A program made the translations under genes and the position numbers. From Tubiluchus corallicola (lineage: Eukaryota; Animalia; Priapulida): a stretch of 18,079 nt of DNA. The notes beneath the pieces were generated by a model. That model did no database searches, had not been told where the DNA came from, and saw only the letters and a list, made by a program, of their open reading frames with translations. The stretch is from positions 1 through 18,079 of the forward strand of contig JAQGDQ010002005.1 in the NCBI GenBank assembly GCA_030141605.1, read 5' to 3'. This document shows positions 11,251 to 18,079 of the stretch, piece by piece; the stretch's first letter is position 1, and every line of letters starts with the position of its first letter.

Positions 11251-11734
11251 TTTTGAAAATGCTACTGCCAGTCTAATTGTCTAACTAGTGAATGGAGAAA
11301 TGATCAAATGTAGCAATTGAGGATTAACCACACGAGTATGAAATCATACATTTCTATAGTACAAATTTTTTCCTAAAGTTATTCATAAAAAAAGAAGTAT
11401 ATGTTCTTTTTCAATATTTTATAGAGTCGATTGTATTGAGCTGTAGTTTAAGATTGGGTCAGGTTTTCGTTAGAATTTCAGCCTTGATCACCAAAATTTC
11501 AATATCAACTCTAAATGTATGTCAACACTAAAGGCAAGCCATTTTCACTTAGTGTTTGGCTGTTTGTATTCCATCCTACTCTTAATTATGCTGTGGCAAA
11601 TTATTCGCTTTTTATAAAATAAATTATTAAAAGCTTATTAGTCAATGTCAAGATTTTTATTAACGGTATATTACATAACCACAATTCATTAAATTTAACA
11701 CGAACTTAAAAATACCAAAGTTAAAAACGTCAGA

Positions 11735-11805
11735 GTACAGCCTGGATTTGAAGCAGGGATCATCTGCTCACTAAGAAACGTGTGGAACTATTAGGCCATC
11801 ATATT
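11735..11805 (-). mobile_element. Degenerate tRNA-derived (SINE-head-like) sequence
   Basis: - strand A-box-like TGGCCTAATAG (11798-11788) and B-box-like GCTTCAAATCC (11754-11744) with tRNA-like spacing. No intact cloverleaf. Confidence 0.4.
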
Positions 11806-12057
11806 CACCAGTGATCAAGATACATTTAATTATTGTGCATACATATATCTGAAACTGCATAGATGCGATTGACATTGACACAAATAGTGTATGCTGATTT
11901 ATCTAAAACGTGCAAGCTACAAGTACAAATCTGTTAATATAGTCATGTGTATAAGCCATTCGAATGTTATTATATTAAGCAAGTCAATCCTGTGTTCTAA
12001 AGAAACAAGACTGAACTAAAAGAATAACTGATCGTTGTTTCTTTTGTATTTCATTTC

Positions 12058-12216
<159 letters not shown>

Positions 12217-12428
12217 GCATTTTCCCGTGGCTGTGATGCAGTTCGAGCAGATCAAGAAAAATAATTGGAGAAAACGCATTTTACTATTGAACCGCTATTG
12301 TGACCTTGATTTCTTGGTAGTGAGCCTAGGGAGTGAGCCTTGCTTGCACTAAGTCAGTGTGTTAAATTTGTCGGGCAGTTTTCTTCAGTACGAGGCTGTA
12401 ATGTTCTACTGTTTACTGAATGAGCAGC

Positions 12429-12512
12429 ATGGCGGATAATAAAGCTGGAAAGGAAGAGCCGGTAACGAAAAAACCCGAAAAGGGTGATGCAGAACAAACA
12501 GAACTAGAGTTG
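12429..12512 (+). CDS. PSMD2: 26S proteasome non-ATPase regulatory subunit 2 (Rpn1), coding exon 1: MADNKAGKEEPVTKKPEKGDAEQTELEL
   Basis: ATG in good context (AGCATGG). An alternative in-frame ATG at 12420 is preceded immediately by TGA. The charged N-terminus ends in ...EL, as human PSMD2 does before SEEDKQL. Phase-0 donor TTG|GTACGT. Confidence 0.85.
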
Positions 12513-13465
12513 GTACGTGGAAATAAATTCAAGTTAAAGCGTTTTTGAAACCAGTTTGTATTATTTTATGAGTAGTTAGGAAATAATTTATTTATATTCC
12601 TTCCATGTTATCAATTAATATATTGTTTTGTGCTGTGTCATTCTTAGAATTCAGAGCTTTGTATGAAATTCAAACGTTGTCTCGTTTTTTTAAATTACTT
12701 CTGCAAACTCTGTAAACTAGTGAATGACAGACTGGATAACCACTATGTTTTCGCCATCTCGCCATTCTTTAGTTTTATATTTATAAATTAGAGCATTAAT
12801 TATTATGATTCGGTTATTATACATGCACTACAGCATGATCTTTGGAAAGCATATAAGCGATTTTTGATTCTAATTGTGGATGCTGTAATGGACAACCACG
12901 GTCGTAAATTGGACTGGACGGAGATGATTTTTGACGTACATAAATGACAGCTGACCGCTCAGTAAAGTAATGACATTCTCTAATAAGTGATAGTAATAAC
13001 ACTAATGCAAAGCACGTGACATTAATTTAAGGAAATTATTAATCACTTTAAACAGCATTCCTTCCTATTCGCCATTAATCAAATTATTAACTGATATGCT
13101 CTTTCCTGTTCATCAAAATTTTCCCATTAAAGTTATGCTTCCTCACTGCTTGGCCTTCAGTCTCAAAACTGAACTCAAATTATCAAATGAAAGCTGTAGA
13201 TGTAAAGATGTGAGCTACTACTAGGACTGTAACAATACATCTAGGTCATGACACGATACATTTCGCAATACAGCTGAGTTAACATTTGCAGATTTTAAAA
13301 AACGTTGAAGCCGTTGATAATAAATGCTAAACGTACTTTATTAATCAACTTTTTTTAGGATTGCTATATGCTAAATAGAAATGAAACTTATGAGTTTAGC
13401 TAGAGGAAAGATGCAAACGACACTGCAAAAATGGCTAACTTGGTTTAAATCATCGATCCTGTCAC

Positions 13466-13580
13466 ATCATCACTATTAGCATCAATTCGTTATCATTGTC
13501 ATCACCACCAAAAGATTGTCGTTAGCATTAATATCTCTATCATTGTCAACATTATCATCATCATTAACATCGTCATTATC
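13466..13580. repeat. Degenerate (CAT)n low-complexity tract in PSMD2 intron 1
   Basis: CATCATCACTATTAGCATC...ATTATCATCATCATTAACATCGTCATTATC. Confidence 0.7.
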
Positions 13581-13675
13581 GCTTTCTCGCATTCGTTACT
13601 TCGCTCCATTTAACGTATTTTTTTATTGTTTAGGTCATTAATTAAGTCTTATTGTGTGTTGAGCTTAGCGTATAA

Positions 13676-14003
13676 GTTAATTTCTTCTGCTATGCTTATA
13701 GCACTGTAATGCATTGTTAATTTCTCTTGCTATGCTTATAACACTGTAATGCATTGTTAATTTCTCTTGCTATGCTTATAGCACTGTAATGCATTGTTAA
13801 TTTCTCTTGCTATGCTTATAACACTGTAATGCATTGTTAATTTCTCTTGCTATGCTTATAGCACTGTAATGCATTGTTAATTTCTCTTGCTATGCTTATA
13901 ACACTGTAATGCATTGTTAATTTCTCTTGCTATGCTTATAGCACTGTAATGCATTGTTAATTTCTTCTGCTATGCTTATAGCACTGTAATGCATTGTTAA
14001 TTT
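13676..14003. repeat. 40-bp tandem repeat, ~8.2 copies, in PSMD2 intron 1
   Basis: Unit GTTAATTTCTCTTGCTATGCTTATA(G/A)CACTGTAATGCATT with exact 40-bp period. Confidence 0.98.
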
Positions 14004-14398
14004 GTGACTGGTATAACTTCTATTTTTGTATTGCGCTAAATGGATGAATAAATAAATCTGAATTCTAAAAAATGACAGTGGCCTAATCATGCACCTCCTG
14101 ACCCTGCAGTTGTTCAGGGGGGGGGGGTGGCTTGGCCATAAAGGAGAGCTACCAACGGTGCCAAAGTAATCAAAATTATTCTAATTAGATGCTTTTGTCA
14201 GCAAGAAATGTCTGAGAAACAAACTGATTGTAGTACATCCATTCTAGAGTGCAAACATTTTTCTTCTTTGAATGATAGGAGCCGACTGGATTACTTTGCT
14301 TGCTTATGCTACTGGCAAATGCAGGAAAAACTTGAGTTAACTGAAACATCGTTTCATAATGTTTACTGTTTACTTTGTTAAACTTTGTTGTGTTTTAG

Positions 14399-14455
14399 TC
14401 TGAGGAAGATAAACAGTTGCAAGAAGAACTTAATCTACTTGTGGACCGATTAACC
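14399..14455 (+). CDS. PSMD2: PSMD2/Rpn1 coding exon 2: SEEDKQLQEELNLLVDRLT
   Basis: Acceptor TTTGTTGTGTTTTAG and donor ACC|GTAAGT, 57 nt, phase 0/0. The peptide matches recalled human SEEDKQLQDELEMLVERLG. Confidence 0.96.
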
Positions 14456-16000
14456 GTAAGTTCATTTTTAGTGAAATATTTTTGTTATTTGCTTTTCTTT
14501 TCAAAAAATGTTGTGGTGTTGTTACGAAACTGTGTATTCGGTATTTTTGTTTTTTACACCAATTTTATTACGGGCACATAAAAACATTAAAAAGTTAAAA
14601 TCATACCAAACATTTTGTGCACTAATTAAGTAGTTAACTGAAACCAAACAGATAATGAATAAACAGACCAGTAAAGAAATTGATACAGTAACTTAAGCAC
14701 TAATTATGTATTTACAAAAGTCAAACAGGTAATGATTAAGCAGATCTGTAGAAAAGAAATTGATACAGTAACAAAGAGTTAAGTGTTTGAAAATAAAGTT
14801 AAAGGAATTGAACTGCTTTGTATATTAAAATAAGGCCTATTAGGGTACATAGATTAACTTTTTTTATTAATAAGTCAGTTAGTGCATAATAGGTTCTGTC
14901 TGTATAAACTGGTTGTATGTTTGTAAATTTATCACTGATGATGACAGCAGCAGCTAGTCAAATCGTTTGGCATGATTTTAACTTCTAAGTTTTTAATAAA
15001 GTTGTGTTGTTTTTTGTTCTGTTTGTTTCTATTTGTTTTTCTTTTCCGGAAAAAAGTTGTGATGTTGTTATGAAACTTGTAAATATTTGAAGTTAAGGCT
15101 AAATTTTGTGGAAAATTACGAAAGTGGGAAGATTGTTTTAAAACTAAACCGTTTAATATGATTGAATATTTTTAGAATACATTGTACTATCATTTGAATT
15201 ACTGTTTACAGTGGGTAACAAAAATCAGATTCGTGTACCCTATTCCTTATACCTGTCCGGTATCCGGGTACCCGATTGTTAAGATTCAACAGCAGTGAAG
15301 AAACTGTAATCATTTATATCCACAAATAAGAACCACCACTGGTACATTTTAGCTAAATGCACTGCTATGTTAACAGCAAGAATTCATTTGTCACACCCTG
15401 AGAGCCTGAACACACGAGCTGTGAGTAGCAAAAGTTCGTGTTCCCCCCCCCCCACACACACACAGGACATTTGACTGAGTTTTTACCTGCCAGACTTCTT
15501 AAGTAGTTAATTGCATGCTTCGTCAATGAGTCAGCTACATCAGCCTATGCACCAACCTGAGCACTACTAATGCAGTGTAGGGTTTAGAGGAAAAATAATC
15601 TATATTATCCTTTTTGTATGCTGTTAAACTTAGTAATACATTCATTCGTATCTTTGGCCTGAAACAGACTTTTAATGGTTAATAAACAATATGATTAGAA
15701 TAATTAACCTCTTGGTAAAGAATTCATAATTTATTTTTTGTTAGTCACCCCTACTGCAAAAATGGTTTGATCTGTCATCTCCCTACTGGCTGTTGGCCTG
15801 GGACACTGCCATTGCCTGCTAGTAGTTTAAATTTTAATTCTCTAACAATGGATACCATATTACAAATAATGTCTGTATCTTTATTGTTAGAACCTGGTAG
15901 AAATATTGGGCTCCGGTAATAAACAATGCGGGTAATTATTCAGGTACCCGATGGAAACATTAATTTGGATACTACATTGTGATTTTGGACAATCTATCCG

Positions 16001-16100
16001 TTCTTCTTCTTCTTCCCAGCTTTTCCCTATGTGATTTCGCCGTTGTGAATGAGTCTTCTCCACGCATTCCTGTTGTTGACCATCTCTTTCCATGACCACG
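16001..16100 (-). mobile_element. 3' end of an RTE-like non-LTR retrotransposon
   Basis: The - strand encodes ...WKEMVNNRNAWRRLIHNGEIT* (TAG at 16029-16027), resembling the DRxxWR C-terminus of RTE ORFs. It is followed by a very short 3'UTR, a (GAA)5 tail (16015-16001) and a TSD copy at 15999-15983. The reading frame is lost upstream of ~16115. Confidence 0.75.
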
Positions 16101-16295
16101 ATAAGCAGAAATTGCATTACCAGTTTACATATTCAAAAATTTTTGTGTATGGACATTCATACATATAACTGATATGCAATGTGTCGGCCAATCATTGTTT
16201 TTGGAACAGAAATCGAAACTGGGAACCTGACATAGCAAAATTTTATTTGATGGCTGAAAAAAATGTTTGAAAAATTATCTTTATTTTTGCACCCT

Positions 16296-16443
16296 TTCCA
16301 ATTTCACAACTTTCTGCCCCATTTTCATCATTTTCCCTGGATTTTTATCAAATTAACTTTTTCCCTGACTTTTTTTATGACTTTCCAGGATAGCCTATAT
16401 TTTCAAGGATTTTCTAGGATTTTCACTGACCATGGGAACCCTG
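16296..16443. mobile_element. One end of a non-autonomous DNA transposon (terminus CAGGGTTCCCA on the - strand) with subterminal TTTC(C/A/T)AGG / TTTCCCTG repeats
   Basis: TGGGAACCCTG at 16433-16443 is preceded by TTTTCCCTGG, TTTTCCCTGA, TTTCCAGGA, TTTCAAGGA and TTTCTAGGA. I found no partner TIR in the window. Confidence 0.5.
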
Positions 16444-16745
16444 TATTTACATAATCTGAAGTTTTTGAGGAGCAGTCATTGCACTGCCAGAATAAAAATG
16501 AGGAGCTATGGAAAAAATTTACGGCATTTAGGGCATCCAGGCATTTGGACCCCCGAACACGAGCGAGGCGCTAATTCCATATTATATCCCAAGTTTTTTC
16601 ACTCGCAAAGTGCAGTTAAAACTTCAACTTAGCATGAACAAGCACTCAGAGATTCACAAAACTTTCAAAAAGTTAAAGAAATTAGGAATCTTGGTATATT
16701 CTCTGTAATGATGACATAAATACATTATAGCAATAGCCCACATAC

Positions 16746-16867
16746 CTTACATATTCATGTCCCCATTGGCCAATCTCTTCTTTAGAACCAAGTTGTCTGT
16801 ATTTAAGACAATCTCTTGCTTCACTCATTGTCATACCCAAAACAGACACTATGTCTGCGCAAAACCG
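16746..16867 (-). CDS. PSMD2: PSMD2/Rpn1 coding exon 4 (inverted relative to exons 1-2): [40 protein letters not shown](R)
   Basis: - strand acceptor TTTTGTTATTGTTTAG (AG at 16869-16868), 122 nt, donor AG|GTATGT (phase 2). Matches recalled human [41 protein letters not shown]. Absent from the ORF track. Confidence 0.97.
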
Positions 16868-17028
16868 CTAAACAATAACAAAATGGCTGTTATTAACAAA
16901 CTTCTCTTGAATAAAAGACCAAGCCTTCGAGGAAGGCAGGCTTATTTCAATATTCTCAAAAAAAGTTACAAGGATTTAGTAAAAAAAACTGCAATATGCA
17001 CCTCGTGTAATTAGCAAAATCATTTAAA

Positions 17029-17752
17029 CTCCTTCAGGACCATGCTGGTGTTTGCTGCATTTTGCGTAGTTTCATAAAAACTACTGTCACTAAGCAACGA
17101 TTATGTTATATTTGATAATTTCTGTAGGTTTCTACTTCTCTCACAATGGATATTCATGCAAAATTACGTATGAAATGCATTTGCTTACCTTAGACAAATT
17201 AAAAACCGATTTTTTGATAAATAAATTGAAAAAGCTTTCAGTAACTGCAGTTTTTGCACTGTAACAATGTACAGTATCACTTGTGTGAAATCAGCTAATG
17301 CAGAAAATTTCAACTATCCACACACAACACTCTAATACATTTTGGGCTCAAATCTACTCTATTTTCAAGAGGAAATTCCTGTTAAAAGATGAAACAACTT
17401 TAATTTGTCCTCTGCTGATCGGTTGGCTTTTCCTGGAACTCTGTACAGCAGATGGCTCTCTTGGGCTGTAGCGAGGAGGTGATCAATAAAATAGTGTGTA
17501 CGATCACGTGAGTGTACACCAGACCAAGCTACTCAATAAGCTAAGTCGGAGAACCTGAAGAGTTTCTCTTTGTTTTATCCAATTAAATCGCTTATAAATG
17601 GTTAAACAAATAGCATGATTGGATAGCTGAAATACTCTTGAATAAGACATTACCTATTTTTTTTTCAACTTTAGTTATGTCTGTGCTCACATAACAGCAG
17701 AAACATCATAAATCTTATAAGACCTATTTTGAATGCTGAGGTCCTGAAAGAG
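17029..17752. mobile_element. piggyBac-like MITE (~724 bp) filling most of PSMD2 intron 3
   Basis: TIRs CTCCTTCAGGACC (17029-17041) and GGTCCTGAAAGAG (17740-17752), 12/13 match. TTAA on the right (17753-17756) and TTAAA on the left (17024-17028). Confidence 0.7.
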
Positions 17753-17793
17753 TTAATCTGGCTCAACTAAATACAAATTACAGAAACCACTAC

Positions 17794-17958
17794 CTTTGTT
17801 TCACCTTCGTCAATTTTTTCATACACGCCCTTCAACGTGTCATAATGAGGTCTCAGGAATTTGAGAGGTTTAGGTACAGATGTCATAGAACTAGTACTAG
17901 ATCTTATTTGAGAACGTAAACTCTCCAAAGCTGGTCGATAAAGGCTCATGTCATTTTC
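17794..17958 (-). CDS. PSMD2: PSMD2/Rpn1 coding exon 3 (inverted relative to exons 1-2): [55 protein letters not shown]
   Basis: - strand acceptor TTTGTTTATTTCAG (AG at 17960-17959), 165 nt, donor AAG|GTAGTG, phase 0/0. Contains the Rpn1 hallmark [19 protein letters not shown]. Confidence 0.98.
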
Positions 17959-18020
17959 CTGAAATAAACAAACTTATGATCCAGTCATTTTTCATTGGTC
18001 AATGGATAGATTGTCCAAAA

Positions 18021-18079
18021 ACCTAGCCACTGAGGGGGAGGGGGCAAGCCAGCCCAACTCAGTGCCGGTCCCAAGCCAG
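18021..18079 (+). mobile_element. Probable 5' end of the same RTE-like retrotransposon (runs off the window)
   Basis: Abrupt switch to GC-rich sequence immediately after the TSD copy GGATAGATTGTCCAAAA (18004-18020). GCCGGTCCCAAGCC resembles a motif I recall from RTE 5' regions. Hairpin arms CACTGAG (18028-18034) and CTCAGTG (18058-18064). Confidence 0.6.

Noticed and set aside
12220-12428. Proteasome-type antioxidant response element (TGA[C/G]NNNGC) in the PSMD2 promoter
   Set aside because: The near matches (TGAGCCTTGC, TGACTTAGTGC) have the wrong spacing, and I found no exact site.
15209-15962. Clusters of TACCCG/CGGGTA motifs at ~15230-15275 and ~15910-15955 as inversion-mediating repeats
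   Set aside because: Both clusters lie left of the inferred breakpoint. They look like decayed subterminal repeats of an old DNA transposon with undefined ends.
15887-16117. 76-aa - strand ORF with a poly-E run as a possible PSMD2 exon 5
   Set aside because: No similarity to the expected HLAGE...NAEHEACDLLMEIE. The poly-E run is the LINE (GAA)n tail read in another frame.
16757-17014. 85-aa + strand ORF
   Set aside because: It is an antisense shadow of PSMD2 exon 4 plus intron sequence.
17767-17949. 60-aa ORF as a stand-alone small gene or processed pseudogene
   Set aside because: It is exon 3 read from an internal Met through the donor into intron 3. Splice sites and the neighbouring exon 4 are intact.

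Overview
AT-rich, intron- and repeat-rich animal (probably invertebrate) genomic DNA; no prokaryotic features. The right third holds the first four coding exons of PSMD2/Rpn1 (26S proteasome non-ATPase regulatory subunit 2). Exons 1-2 (12429-12512, 14399-14455) are on the + strand, but exons 3-4 (17958-17794, 16867-16746) are on the - strand. A retrotransposon (RTE-like LINE) in intron 2 is split by the same rearrangement. Its 3' tail (16001-~16100, -) and probable 5' end (18021-end, +) carry the two copies of a 17-bp target-site duplication, now inverted relative to each other (15983-15999 and 18004-18020). This places an inversion or fold-back junction at about 16.1-16.3 kb, which may be real or an assembly/read chimera. 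The left two thirds appear to be the 5' part of an unidentified, divergently transcribed - strand gene (first coding exon 4739-4662). That region also holds tandem arrays (67-bp satellite with a strand-switch junction, 115-bp array, 2.7-kb 43-bp minisatellite with higher-order structure) and several non-autonomous DNA transposons. Of the supplied ORF track only 17767..17949 matches a real coding frame.
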